This document shows, piece after piece, positions 1 through 13,649 of a stretch of DNA of 64,000 nt. Source of the stretch: Enoplolaimus lenunculus (Eukaryota); assembly GCA_030248215.1 (NCBI GenBank), contig JASANG010000621.1:186001-250000 (forward strand), given 5' to 3'. The stretch's first letter is position 1. Every line of letters begins with the position of its first letter. Made by a program: the position numbers and the translations under genes. Under the pieces are notes generated by a model, which was given only the letters and a program-made list of their open reading frames with translations, did not search any database and was not told the DNA's origin.

Positions 1-3000
1 TGTTTCATCGTTTCTTAATCAGAAATAGAATTGTAATTTCTCATCGTTTATAAACAACTGTAGTTGAGATTTTGAATTTGGTGTGTATAAAAAATTAAAA
101 TACGTTTTAAATATGTGACGTGAAAATATCTGGAATTTTAAACTACTAATCTCTAAAATTCAAAACATTCCATTGTGGAAACGTTAGTAAAGACTGTAAA
201 AGATTATTCAAAACTTAGGAATAGAGTCTTGAAATTTAAAGACAATTTTTGCGCACAGGATTATAGGTTTCAGTAATCTGTTGCCGCTACATACACTGCA
301 CTATCGTACGTACATATATGTAACAATTGATTAAGCCCTAGAAAGCCTTTTATACAAAAAATTACGGTTCAGTAAAAAACTATGCATCTTAGTGATAATC
401 CTGAAACGAAATTAGCGCTATATGTTTCAGCAGGCCATAATATCCAGCACTCAGTGCGTAGCCGTTAGGGAGATGGGCAGACAGTTCTCAGCCACTCCTG
501 AAAAATTTCTGGTTCCTCTAGAAATATTTCAACTTTGTTTGTATATCATGGGAAACCACTGTATGCTGGTGATCAAATTTTAACACTCTTATCAAGCTGA
601 GCTGGCTTACATTCTTCCTGAATGAAAGGTTTTAAAAGAAACGTCTACACGTGAAACATATAAGCCCTGGCTCTGGTTAAACTTTACAAGTAAGAATTTT
701 ATTGCGAGGCACCAACCTGCCTTATATTTTTAAGGGGTGGGTACCAAAATATATTTGTGTATATATCGTTGAAATGCAAAAACATTAATTTGATGTTTGC
801 GTTTATTATTTTTTCTGTGGATGACAAAATTTTTATTTTTATGCCCGTGTTCAAGTAGAGTCGTGTATTTGAATCAGGGAGAAGAGCTAGCCTATCCCAA
901 CAAAGTCACAGATATGACTGTTTGTGTTTGTTTAGGCTTGGCTTGGGTTTAGTCTTTGCATATATTTACGCTGAGATTTGGGTTATGTTTAAATCGGGCC
1001 AAGCTCTGAGGTGTCCGCCTAGGTTTGGCTTAGATTCACGTATTGCAATCATCGATATTTTGTTGTTTGCAGTGCCGTGATCATACCCCTGCCACCATTG
1101 TCAAGGCCGAGCAGTTTGAGGCCCGGTGCAAAACCAATCTATCATGTGATTTCAAAAAATTTTGCGCCAGGATGTGCCATGAATTGCCAGGAGCCCTTTT
1201 CACAAAAAAAGTTCGGGCACTTTAGTGGTGACAAATTAAGAGTCTTGCAAGTGAAGTGAGCAAGAAGCCGAACGCAAATTTAATATTAGTTTCCAGAGTA
1301 AAACTTTGGTTCGGTTGGATTCTGTGACGGATCCGATGCCCATTGCCTAGAAGTGCCGTTAGCTCTGCAAAACCTCTCAAGAATAAAAAATCTATTAATT
1401 TCGTTGATACAGTTAGTACGACTGCTATTTGTGTTTCGTGAAGAAATTTCGCTTGCAAAGCGACCCAGAAACCAGGGCCATTTTCTGTAGTCAAACTTCT
1501 CAAAAGTTTATTTTTGGTTCCAGTTGAACTTTTAAATTTATTTTACGTTCAAACGCCATGATCTTTCCTGGCCCGGCCCTCTCACCAAGGGTGTTGTCGG
1601 AGGACGAAATGTCCGGCTCTGATGTTGAGCCTTCGACTCAATTCAGGTTATGTATTCTTTTATTCATCTTATTTAACTTCTTGCTCGCTTCACCTGTGAA
1701 TTTGTCGCAAATATATATTGCGCATTCCGTATATGTGAGACCTATATTTTTGGATAAGCTGCTGAGCGCCTACCTGATTGATAAATTACACGGAGGTTCC
1801 GTCTCTCAGACGAGTTTTTGGTTTGAGATACCCTAGCCACGGCCTTCGGAACCTGTTCTATACATGGCCCGCTGATGTGTATCTTCATAAACTCTGTTAC
1901 GTTAATTTTTTCCCGATGAGTGTGTACGCATTTTCAAAATACCTGAATCACATTTTTGCCGTGGATAAAACCAGTTTTGTACGCCGCCACATTTGAACCG
2001 ATTGGTCGGTCGCTGTCTTTTTTTGTCGTATTACATTTTTGTGAGTCAAAAGTCGTTGCTCAATTAAAGATAGGATTAACTTGACAATTTACCTCTGGAA
2101 TTTAGTCTTATCTCTATTAACTTCCCGTGTTCAACCGTTGTGCATAATAATATTTGCGAGGACAGTTCTTTCGAAATGTTGCTTTTATCTAAAGCATTAC
2201 AGACAACTTATACGTTGCGAAATGACAACATAAGACTTAAAGGTAACTGTCCTATTGAGGCGTTTTTATTGCAAAGCTTCAGCAGTGATGTTTCGGCTCA
2301 GAGTGGTTGGAATAGCTCGAGTACCAAGGGTGCAGCAGCAGATCAAGCAACGAAGGGGTCATCTATGGCGTCACTACAAGTGATATTGGAAATTCCATAC
2401 CCTCTTAACTGCGCTTCTGTATCAGGTAAACCCTTTTCAAGTAGTGAGAGATGCAGAACGTCGACATGTACTGTACCATAATCACTAAAATGCTATATTG
2501 CAGATGCAAGTATGGCCGGTGTTACCTTTAGGGTCGTACTGTAAATTAAGCGTATTGCAAAGCCTAAGAGTTGCTAAGGCTGTAAAGCTACGCCTAAATC
2601 TGAGAGTAAAGCAAGAACTATAATTCAAAATCTAAGCCTACTCTTTCGCAGTCCCGTCAAAAAATGAAACGACTCCAGAAATAACGTTGGTCTAAGTTAT
2701 TCTGGAGTATACTGAAAAAATTGATAAAATCTTTTATAGATGAAACCTAGAACTTATTACCCGCTTTCTCGATTAAATATATGTATCTAACGTGTCCAAA
2801 ATTCTGATTCCGTGTTCTCGAATATGTACAGCACCTACACCGAGCAATGACGATTTTTATATCTTTCGTACCAGTAGACAGACTGCTTCAAACTTTTATT
2901 GCATTCTTGCATTCAATTTACCCCTGCATTTCTGCAGGTTTTCGAAGCAGCAACTGACATATTTGGCTTACTAGAAAACTTTACTAAAAACTGACAATAG

Positions 3001-3081
3001 GTGCTACATACATTTAAGATTGTACGCCATAAATAAAATTAAAGAATATAATATGAAAAGGTTAATCACAAAACAACAGCT

Positions 3082-4788
3082 ATGAATTGCAAAACGCTCC
3101 GTCTATTGGCAATATTCGCTTGCTTGTTCATTGATAGCGCAAACGCAGCAAAAGGTGGCCGCGGAAAGGGCAAAGGAAAAGGCAAAGGAAAACTGTTACT
3201 ACCCTATAAAAATATTGCAGATTACTCGAAAATTGTTGACAAAATTTTTCATGTCAAGGTAAAAATGGATTTTATTGTTGAAAATTTAAACATACTGACA
3301 GACATGGAGAGATGGGATAACAATACGCCGAAATTTCTAATAGATTTGAAACAAGCACTTTTACAGAAAATTCGAAACAGGGATGTAGCTTTCTACCCAA
3401 CGTGCGCTGCTTGTTTACTTTTCTCCACCAACAAATTCCCTACAGATAATGACTGGTTAACAAAATAGGCTCAGGCTAATAAGCTCACGCTTAGGCCTTG
3501 GATTATTATCAGGCTTTATTTTTAGCTTAGCTTTTACCTAAGCTTAAGCTAAGCTTAGGTCTAGGAAATAATAAACAGTTGTATATAGAGAAACGTTCGG
3601 CCACTATCCAATTAACACTACAGATGTGGATTTTTGGGTTGAAGCAGGGCGGAGCGGCGCAGGCCGCCACACCGTTATCTTTGCGTGTCGCTGCCTATAC
3701 ATGGATACCGTATATCTCGATGTGAAAAAATAGTCGCCGCCGATTACTGAGGGCCTGCTTACAATTTCAGGGTGCCCGCATCGTAACCGCGTCCCATTTC
3801 GCACAAACTTACCGTCTTGGCTTCAAAGTGCTTCTGCTTTGTGTCGCCGAAGGGGATCCAGTACCTGAAGTGCTATGGTTAAAGGACGATCAACAACTGC
3901 CAATGTGGATAAATGCACATGTAAGCCAAGGTGTTGTATAAACATATATATAAAAATCAACTGGTTATTCAAGTAATTTTAATCCGGGCTCGTAGCAAAA
4001 ACTAAATAGGAGGGCTCGGTAAACCGTATTGAAAAGTTTTGGCAACACTGAAAACGTTCTGGCACGGGCACCTTTCAACTTTACGTGAAACTTCTAGTTA
4101 ACCCCTTAAAATATTTTGACCACCCTTCCTCCAATATAGTATGATGGGCACGCTACGTAGGAGGATGTTTTAACCATTTTGTGAACCAGCATACAAATTG
4201 GGCACACTGAATCACAGAATATTTGTAATACAGCTATAGCAAAGACGTGCATTAACTGTGCCCAACCGTTATACTTTAAATACACCGCGGTCAGTGGCGG
4301 ATCCGGAAGTTTTTGAAACGGAAGTCGCGAGATGTAATAGAGAAAAAACTTGCGAGCGATGCGAACGTCAATTCGAACGCCATTTTGCTGCTAAACCTTA
4401 GTACGAAACCTTGATTTGGATCCCCTTTGGGAGAGCTTAATCCGAGGTTGCGCCTGTTAGTATATGCTTCTAAACGTAGTTGTAACACGACTCTTATATA
4501 TGTGAAGGGTGCTACAAACTATAAAGACCACACTGATCTAACAAAGTTTTCCCAAACCACGACCTGAATCGCTGTATTTTTCAACTCGTTGCTACGGCTT
4601 TGAGTAGGATAATAAATTGGGACTAGCAAGTGTTTTAGATCCGACTCACATATATCAGTCCAACCAGAGTTCGGAGTCGTCTTGAAATTGATCCGGCGAC
4701 CGTTGGAAATCAAGGAACTTACACCTGTATGGTTGCAAACAAGTACGCTGGCATGGCGAAGAATTTTAAAGTTGAATTTTCGTTGTGA
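3082..4788 (+). CDS. oig-4: OIG-4-like secreted single-Ig-domain protein, copy A (3 exons, 158 aa)
   Basis: Exons 3082-3258, 3771-3920 and 4639-4788, all GT-AG and phase 0. Translation: signal peptide, KGGRGKGKGKGKGK, GARIVTASHFAQTYRLGFKVLLLCVAEGDPVPEVLWLKD, SRLEIDPATVGNQGTYTCMVANKYAGMAKNFKVEFSL*. Matches C. elegans OIG-4 motifs as recalled (SHFSQTYRLGYK, DPATMGDQGVYAC, MAKNFK). Confidence 0.9.
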
Positions 4789-6560
4789 AAATCAGAAAAA
4801 AAACTAATATTAAAGGTAATAAGAATGGAAGAGTGTCGACTTTCTAGTGAGGCATCTTCTGGTTTATATATATTCGCGGAGACACCGGTTCAAGTCGCAA
4901 AAGCATGCTGGTATAATTTTTACTGCAAATACTACGGTTTATTAATTGCATACCTGTCATATGAAATATATAAAATACATGTTTGAATAGTTTGCAGTGA
5001 CATATAAACGCTGGGAAATAGTTCTCGCATGATTTTCTATAATTTGAACTGAAACCTGGTTTTCAACTTCAGGATCAAATCAATGATTTTTCGGTCACAG
5101 GCGTTTGCCATCACCGCAGGCTTATATGAGCATGACATGAGTGCTCTAGAGCACTAGCGTCTTGTAATAAATTTGCACTACGCAAATTAAAGTAGCTAAA
5201 ACTACGCTTCCTTGCTATGCCAATGACTCAATTTTTGGAATTTTGTTGATTTGCCCTAAAATTTAGGTATTTACGTAAGTCAGTGACAATAAGTAATTAC
5301 TTGAGCACAACCTACGGTTATGAGTAAGATTTCAGAAACCTAATAGATAATATCAGTATATACGTTAACACACTCTGAATTATCACATTGAGTCGAGTTA
5401 ATTTTGGATGAGTTGATTAATTAACTCAGAACGTCTTGAATCAGCGCAGAATTCAAAGTGCTGCAAGTCATAATTCAGACACAGTAATTCAAATTATTCT
5501 GAATTAAAATCAACTCACAGGAATTTTTTTGTATTTCCGCAAATTAAAATTAAAATTTTTTGCACAATTTTGAAAGTTCTGCGCTGGAGCGAAGGTAGAA
5601 GAGATGCATATGGTTCAGTTCTCAAATGGAATGGACTCTGTAAACTTTATTTTTAAAAACTAAATATTAAACAAGACAAATATAAACTGAACATTTCACA
5701 AACTATTTACACTTATGTACCCGGTGCGGCGCCTTTAAAACCGATATGTTAGCATCTTCGAAATCATGGTTTCTCGTCGAACCTAAGACAATGAGGAATG
5801 AAACACAGTCCCTTAAGAATTTGACCGTTTCGTTTTTGTACATTTTTTTCGTCGTTTTAAATTTTACGATAAAACATCGCGTAGCCTCCTTTTACACTTT
5901 TTGGTCTCATTATTATGCTGTGTTGGCGGTAGGCCTGTGTTTTGTTCTAGAGGTTATTGTTTAATATGTAAACGAAACACACAAAACATATATAACACAA
6001 AAATGGAATGTATAGTTCATCAGGCAAAACAATAAACATGAAAGCAATTTTAGGCTTAAATTACTATTTTCGTTAACTCTAGAATTGTATTTGGTTTGGT
6101 TACGCTTTAGTAAAGTGAAACCCTCGCCAATTTGTTTGAAACATAAGCTCAAATCTACGTCTGTTTCACACGGTTTGCCTATAGTCAGCGTATAAAGCCT
6201 AAAACTAGCGGACTGAGAGCAACAACTTTGCTTTTTCGCAATCGTTCATTTTTCTCGAGCTCTAACGTGACACGAAACAGTTTAATTAATACTTAAACCC
6301 GCAAAAAATAATCGTAATACAGGCTTTATGTATTTATAACGTTTGCGTCGAAATGTTTTTATTTTACAAAACAACTGTGGTTAGAAATTATGACCACCTG
6401 TGAAGCGAGCACGAGGGACGTCGCCTTTGACCTTTTTGCGGTCAGAAAGATTTGTATACGAGCCAGAACATAGACAAAGTAATTTTTGCAAGGTACACCA
6501 GTTATTTTCGGAGAACATACTGCTGGTAAATAGCACAGTTAAAACACGTATAAATGCATT

Positions 6561-9500
6561 TCAACATTCGTTTAAACTTAGTCGTTTCACTTTGCTCATA
6601 TCAGTTGGATGAGCTTGATCAAAGCTCAGAGACCCATCTCCTCTTGGCAAACACATAACCATGAGGTCGTCTTCTACCACCCGATAGCAACCAGGTCCTA
6701 CAAGGGTATGGTTACCTATGGGAGGGTTGTACAGACAGTGAGTAAGGCTTTGTGACGCTCCAGCCGGACCAAGCCGCTCGCATTTGGTCATGAGCATAAA
6801 CGGCGGTGTTCCAACTGACCAAGATTCGCCGAAAGCTCGCTCCGCGATTACAGCAGATGATAAGTGATCGGTTTCTAGGCAACCAACGAGCGTGTGAATG
6901 AACGAATCTGAAAAAAGAACACTCAAATCTAATTTGGCTTCGGACTTTGCTTTCTTACAGGCCTTCCCGGGTTTATGCGGACGGAACTGCGCAAACATAG
7001 ACTTAGACAAATTTTTTTGCATTGGATTGGCGTGCACAGTATTACGACCTTAACAATAACACTGGCTCATATTTTTCTTTTAGGATGCATACGATGACTT
7101 GTGTTATACAAATAATTATCTCCTTTCAGATACATTTCAGGATATTTTCATATATACACAGCAAAAAATAGTGAGTCAAATTGACTCTCTTCGAAATAGG
7201 CTCTACGGGACTACACAAATTGAGTCAAAATTCGACTCCGGCGGAGTCAAATTCGATTCACTGAGTCGCATGTTCGACTCTGGCGGAGTCGAATTTGACT
7301 CAGTTTGTGTAGTCCCGTAGAGCCTATATCGGAGAGAGTCAATTTGACTCACCATTTTTTGCAGTGTACGTTTAAGTTATTCCAAGTCATATTCGAAATT
7401 TTTCATACACGGTTAGCTGTGACGGTCAGTGAAGGTGAATTTTGACAATATTGCTTAGAGCATCGAAAGCTAAGATACCTGAAATCCGTGCTATAGCTAT
7501 TACTTGTAAAATTGTCCTTTTCACATCGGTAAACGAATCCGTCAAGGTAGTACTTTTGACCCTCGTTCAGTGTTGTATTGCCGTACACGCATCCGCCAAG
7601 CTCAGCAAGTATAAAATCATCGCCTTTTTTCGAACATTTAAACCAAAACAGGCCGTCGATAATTTTTTCGTTGATCTAAAATCAATGAATCCTTCCACAA
7701 TAACTTGCGTACATCATATCACAGTTTTCACATTTTTACACTTTAAAAATTGCGATGAATTGATTAATCAACTCAGAGGTAGAATTAGTTATTTCTGGCA
7801 ATTTCTGAGATAACGACAGTAAATATTAACTCACTCTGTGTTGATTTAATCCCGGGTTAGTTGATTAATTAACTCAGACTGAGTTCAAATAATTGAAAAT
7901 TCTGAGTTCCGAAACTACTCGTTCAGGGCTCAGACATTTCAGTGGATCCAACCCATTTTGAGTTAACATCAACTCACTGGAATTTTTACTGCGAAACGAA
8001 CAGGTCGGGCTTCCCACTTACTTAAGCATGCAGAAACGTATACCCGGACGTGGGTCTAAAAAGAGCGGACTGTGGGCCATTTGGAATTTTAGCCAACCAG
8101 TGTGCAAATTTTTACAGTCCTACTCTCTAAAAACTTAAACTTAAATTATAGCTTGACAAAACTTGAATACTAGTTTTAATACAACTTAAATGGCTGGACG
8201 GACTAACAAAACTAGAATTTTAAGTTTTACTTAAACTAACATGTTTTTAAGTTTAACGTGAGTTTAAGTAAACTTATTTTTAGTTTAAGTAATGAGTGCA
8301 GCTCACAAATTACGTGTATTTAAGAGTTTTTTAAGTTTAGCTTAAACTAAACCTACCTGTTAGTTTAGTTAATCTACAAAGTAGGTTTAATACTGCTGGA
8401 TTACCTTAAGCTTAAATCAAGTTAGTTTAAGCTTTTAGAAAGTACTCTGCGAAATTGAGGCACACATGCCCAGACAAGCAGGTTTTGCCAACCTTAATTG
8501 TATTTGTGACGTTTAAAAGTTTGAATTATTCACAGTAATTATCCTTACACTACTGTTAAAGATTATCAACATCTAGTAAATGTTAGATCGGGTTTACAAT
8601 GCAGCAATATATGTCACTATACTACTTAGGATATGCATTCGTGCGGAGTAGCCGGGGTATCTACAGGTTACTCCTTTTGCGATTTTTGTCCAGAGGTTTT
8701 CCGAGTCATCCGGTAACACAAGAAATAGGTATTTAAAAACCGAGTCATCCCGTAACACAAGAAATCCATTTGAAAATTTTTATAGAACGTCGTAACACAA
8801 CTCCCAAAACCCTGTCTGCGTTCATGAATTGAGAAGTGCGTCACGTTTTATAAACATTTCTAAAATGATTCTTGTGTTACAAACGGAAAGGTATCTAAAA
8901 ATACTGGACAAAACTTGCAATGGGTTTGACTGTTGAAACTCTCTTCCGGCTACACCTTCGCATATATTTTTATTCAGTTTTGCAATTTACCTCAAAACGT
9001 CGGCCATAATGAACGCATGCTACAGGATTCAGCCACATTCCGTTTTCACCGTCAAGCGATGGGGAACATTCGTACAAATATTCGCCGACTAGAAGATGGC
9101 CTCCTGGATTGATACGATCCCCTTCATTGTTAACGCAACCTGAAACGACAAAATACAATATTCGACGGGATGAGGCGTGTAGGCAGAGTGGCGTTACGCC
9201 AGATGGTCACAAAGGAGACATAATTTTCTGGAGAGGGTTCTAAAACACTTGTCCGCACAACCTTTTTACTTCACCTCTACGCCACTGATTAAGACACGAA
9301 ATCGTGCACGCGATACAGGGGTGTCTGAAGTATCAGCTGATATCCCATGCAAAATACAGGTGTCACTGACGCCTTTAAATCCACACCGAAGTTTAACTGT
9401 CGTGTTCGGATTTAAAACGCTTAAATAATAAAATATAACGCCTTCTCAGTCGCTTCGCACACGAGGTTTCTTAAACTCCCATTTGCATGTCTTTTGATTT

Positions 9501-12500
9501 TTGATTAGGAGTAGCAAAGGTTGGTCGCGGGCACTATAGCTGTTGCGCGGGAAAACATGACGCGCCTAAAAGTAACATGGTCCTCGGATTTGATGGTCCC
9601 GTTCGTCACTAGTTTAGCTGCTTCGTCCCTGAATGACACACCTTGTCAAATTTGTCCTCACGTCCCTGCACGAAACACGTTTTGTCTATTATCCAACCCC
9701 AACACTTTACCTGAAACTTGTTTCGCCATCGCATCACCGTTCATAACACACGTGTACCAGTAGAAATCATCTTGAAACGTGCTATCTTTAGTAAAATGAA
9801 TGCCCTAAAATTTAATTAATAGTTTTTATAGCAAATTATTTGCAAACATGTGTCAAAGACCGTACTGCAACAATTTGATTAGTTTATATACTTGAGCAAC
9901 TAATTATTTGTTATGGCACACGTTCGGTCTATATAGTATTTATTGCAAAAAACTATTTTACTGAATTTCTGTTACGATTCATACTTGACTTACAACCTTA
10001 CCGACTGAAAAGCAAGAAGCTACGTTCAAAATTAATAGAATCAGCGTGATTTCGCTAGTAAATTCCAGAAGATAACCGCATATTTTCAGTACACCCGTTC
10101 TGTCCGGCCCTGAGGCTAATGCGCCTACATTCAGCCAATGTTATTCAAGCAACGCTTACATTATGCAGACATCCAATGGGAAATATATGAAACGTGCCGT
10201 TTTGAGTTTTGCCACACTTCATTAAATATCCGCTGGTTGTATTGAAAGTTTGTCCAAAAAACAAACGTTCTCCAAAATCCGAAAAACAGCCTTTGGGAAC
10301 AAAATTTTCCTCGATGCATTCGTACCTGAAAGTTTCAAATTTCAATTGTCATCAATTATGAAGGAAGGATAGATACTTAATTGTGACCATTAGAACGTTT
10401 TCAACGCTTAAATTTTTGTAACCAACATTGAGGTGGTTGTGAGTCGTTTCTAGCATATAAATTGTTTCGATCATGTTTTCATCAATACTTAGTTTCAAGA
10501 GTAAAATTTCAAAAACCATGCTTCTATTTTAATTTTTACACATCATTTTTCTCGCTGTGCCTGTCTTTTTCACAATATATTTGCAATTTTTTTAAATAAC
10601 CGGAAATTCTTTAACTTTCTTGTTTATAAGCCTGGCTTAATTCTAGAACCCGCCGTACGAGCCCATTGAAGCCCTGCCAGACAACTTTCGTGAGTTGTCG
10701 TACGGCGACTAACCAAAAACTTCCGTGGTCCACTCGGGCAGCTGCCGGATACGACTCGTCATTCCAGTAGCAGGATCCTTTCGATACTTTGTTTTCAATG
10801 ATTTCAGGTATAATTTCTGAATAATTCATTTAGAAGAAAACTACTAAATTCAAAGACGAAAATAATCTAAAACAAGAAAAATAAACACTGCAAGGGTGAA
10901 ATCAGCTATGACAAAACCCACCGATTTGCAAGATGTATTTATGAAAAAATTAGCTTGCAAGATAGAATATGCGAAAAACTTTCTAAATATCAAAATCTTG
11001 GAACTAATACCAGTTTAAAGATAGCCGAAAACAAGTATGTCGCTAGCTCCAGCTTGGTTTTGCAATAGATTTTGTAATATTTACCAAGTATTGCACTAAG
11101 TTTAACTTTAACAATACCTGTTTCTGGAGCAAATATTGGATCTGAATTCGGCAGCGATTCTTGTGAATGAACGCTTTCTGATGTTGGTAGCACTGGTTGA
11201 GCCGCATCGGTTTGCTGTAAAATACAAATTTCAACGTTAAAATGGAGGCACATGTATATATAGAACGGTGCCAACAAAAGTCGCAAATAATTGGCGTTCG
11301 CTTTTTGTTCTTATAAACGCTTAGGCTTATTTTTCTCAGGTGCTATTATTTTGTTAACGTCATAGAACTTATTTTTCAATACTAAAACGTGGTCACTGTG
11401 AATAGAGATCAGGCTTCAGATTCTATCATAAGCATGGCCCTCACCTCAGGCTTAAATTTAAGTTGCCACAAATTTACGCTTTATATACTGTTCTTAAGCT
11501 GACAGCACTTCTAAAACGAATTTTATATCGTAGGGTATAGGGTAAACGAGTTCCCAAGGTCGCCCTTTCAGTTAGTTTAAGAAGTGAACACTTACCGAAC
11601 TTGTCAAGCCAAATTGTTCGGTATTTCCAAAGAAACCGAATTCTCCGCTGGGGGCCAACGGTGCTGAAGTGTCTTGGCCAAAATCAAACTCGCCATTGTA
11701 TTCAAAGGTTCCTAAGAATTTCAATTATGAAATCGCTCGCTGTTCTAGGCAACAGCCAAGTACATTACAAAACCTGGACAAAGTCATAGATATGAGGCCT
11801 TCGCTTAGACCGAAGCTTTCAACTTTTTTAATACATATTCGGTCCGGTTATTCGTAAGCTATATTTTTAATTTAGTTATCTTCGCAACTAAATCAGTTTT
11901 TAAAATTTACAGAACAGTCGACAGAAACGTTTTTGCTTGAAAACCAAAACATCGATGCAGTATTTTAAACATGACTGCATTGTTTGGGTAAATGAATTGT
12001 AGCCTTTTTTAAAAATAATGCCCGAGAACATTTAAAAAGACTGCTTAACCTACAGTGTAACCATGCTTAGAGCGCAGATCGTAGGCACGAAGACTGAAAG
12101 GAGATTACAGTAATCACTAAAATGGTTAGGCAGTTTGTTTTCCAACGGCGAAAAAAATTGGACGTTTGTACAACATAGCACAAAGGAATCTTGAAACAAA
12201 CCAATATTTTGATATAATGTTTTAAACATGGCTGTATTTTTAATAAATACTTCTAATTTTTTCCTTAAGCAGGCTTATGTTTAGGCTTTACGCTTCGGAA
12301 TTTGTTTATACTGCTGTTACGGTACGACCCTGTCCTATACATTGACCCGTTTATCCAAGAACGTCATCAGGAGTAGGGGGTCCCATTATGATTGTTGTGC
12401 AAGGATTTTAATAACTTTTTCGTTTAGTAACGCATGAAAAATTATATATAACATAACTCCCCGTTCGCAAGTCCGAGCTGCGCCTCTGCACACGTCGTGA

Positions 12501-12706
12501 AACTAAACTGCCAATACTCTAATGAAAATGGTACTGTGGTGCTTACCTGGAGCGCTAAAAGCCGGTTGGCCAGTACTTGGCGGATTGCCAAACGTTGAAT
12601 CAAAGGATTCAAAGTTAGTATAAGCATCTTCGCCGAGCTGGAATTGGCCGTGTGCCAAAACTGCGAACAACCCGTAGAGATGTGCAGCAAATATTGAAGA
12701 AATCAT
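6561..12706 (-). CDS. Secreted protein with tandem Cys-containing MIG-18-like (fibronectin type I-like) repeats and an acidic Phe/Gly-rich N-terminus (9 exons, ~467 aa)
   Basis: Phase-consistent GT-AG exons 12706-12547, 11711-11596, 11214-11118, 10816-10714, 10325-10160, 9804-9711, 9139-8991, 7675-7504 and 6907-6561. Signal peptide MISSIFAAHLYGLFAVLAHG. Repeated GC-x(n)-(F/Y)(W/L/V)(Y/F)xC modules (GSFWYEC, DDFYWYTC, GEYLYEC, GLFWFKC, GFVYRC). The exon structure is strong; the family name is an inference. Confidence 0.8.
7157..7366. mobile_element. Near-palindromic MITE (~210 bp), TA-flanked, Tc1/mariner-like
   Basis: CACAGCAAAAAATAGTGAGTCAAATTGACTCTCT...AGAGAGTCAATTTGACTCACCATTTTTTGCAGTG, flanked by TA; second copy at ~20902-21110. 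Confidence 0.8.
8121..8444. mobile_element. AT-rich MITE-like element with terminal inverted repeats
   Basis: TACTCTCTAAAAACTTAAAC...GTTTAAGCTTTTAGAAAGTA, with internal CTTAAAC/GTTTAAG motifs. Confidence 0.55.
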
Positions 12707-12818
12707 ATTCACTTTTTGTATAAACTTGGGTTTGAAATCAAAGTAAATATTCAGAAATGTGTGTAGCACTTTATCTCTAGTTGGTAAATATTAACCTTTA
12801 AACGGATTTCGAATTTTT

Positions 12819-13063
12819 GGCCCATGTATAGATCAGGGCGGAACGTTCGTCTGCGGACTGCAATATAGTAAGCTTAAGGTTTAGACTTTTTTGTTCAGGC
12901 TTTCGTTTCAGCTTAGGTATAAGATCATTCCTACGCTTAGGCATAGGCTTAGGTATAAGCTCATTATTACGCTTAGGCTTAGGCTTAAGCTTAGGCTTAG
13001 GCTTAAGTTTAGGCTTAGGGATCTGTTTATACTACTGTAGGGGCCATGTGCTATACATTGGCC
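12819..13063 (+). mobile_element. TIR-bounded non-autonomous element carrying a degenerate (TTAGGC)n array
   Basis: GGCCCATGTATAGATCAGGGCGGAACG...(TTAGGC)n...TATACTACTGT...CTATACATTGGCC. Homologous copies at 24432-24695 (reverse), 28262-28507 and 48821-48932. Confidence 0.75.
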
Positions 13064-13207
13064 GAATTTTTTAACAAATCGATTCAAATGCTACCTGGTT
13101 GTATTTAGAACGGTTTCTAATTGATGTTTTAGCCATCATTAGTAGAACAAAGGTGAAAATAAAAAAGCGCGAAGAAATTTTCTAGATGTAGCACTAAGCC
13201 TAAGCCT

Positions 13208-13649
13208 TAGTGACCCGAATAGGTGTTAAAAATCGGGGAGCCATTTTGCGTCCCAAGCAGTTGGAGTTCGTATCCCTAATGAAACTCCGTAAGCGAATAT
13301 ATTTCCTAAACCATAATTAGAGTTCATAATCCCAATGATTCGTAATTATAATGCACAACTGATTCCAAGACCAAATATAGTTGAGCGCGAAACTTTAAAG
13401 CATACTTAAGTTTTAAAAATGTAGTCCTAAGTATAACATTACACTATCGTCTAAGCTTTTGATACAAGCCAAATAAATGTTTAATTCAACGGATAGTTGC
13501 AATAACGAAATATCAGTACCGAAGGGCGACGGAGGACGGGTTAAAAATAAATAATAGTCCGTAACCGAATGTCCGTAACCGAATAACAAGGTGGTACGCT
13601 CTGGAGAGGCCAAATAAATATCAGTCCCCTCCTCTTATTCGAGTCACTA
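13208..13649. mobile_element. MITE family with TAGTGACCCGAATA(A/G) termini
   Basis: TAGTGACCCGAATAGG...CTCTTATTCGAGTCACTA. A shared core (CTATCCGTTGAATTAAACATTTATTTG, AAGTATGCTTTAAAGTTTCG) recurs at ~18537-18880 and 48381-48630, with a fragment at ~31350-31400. Confidence 0.7.

Noticed and set aside
1043..1996. Short ORFs and exon-like segments at the window start
   Set aside because: No recognisable domain or phase-consistent multi-exon model; possibly a transposon remnant.
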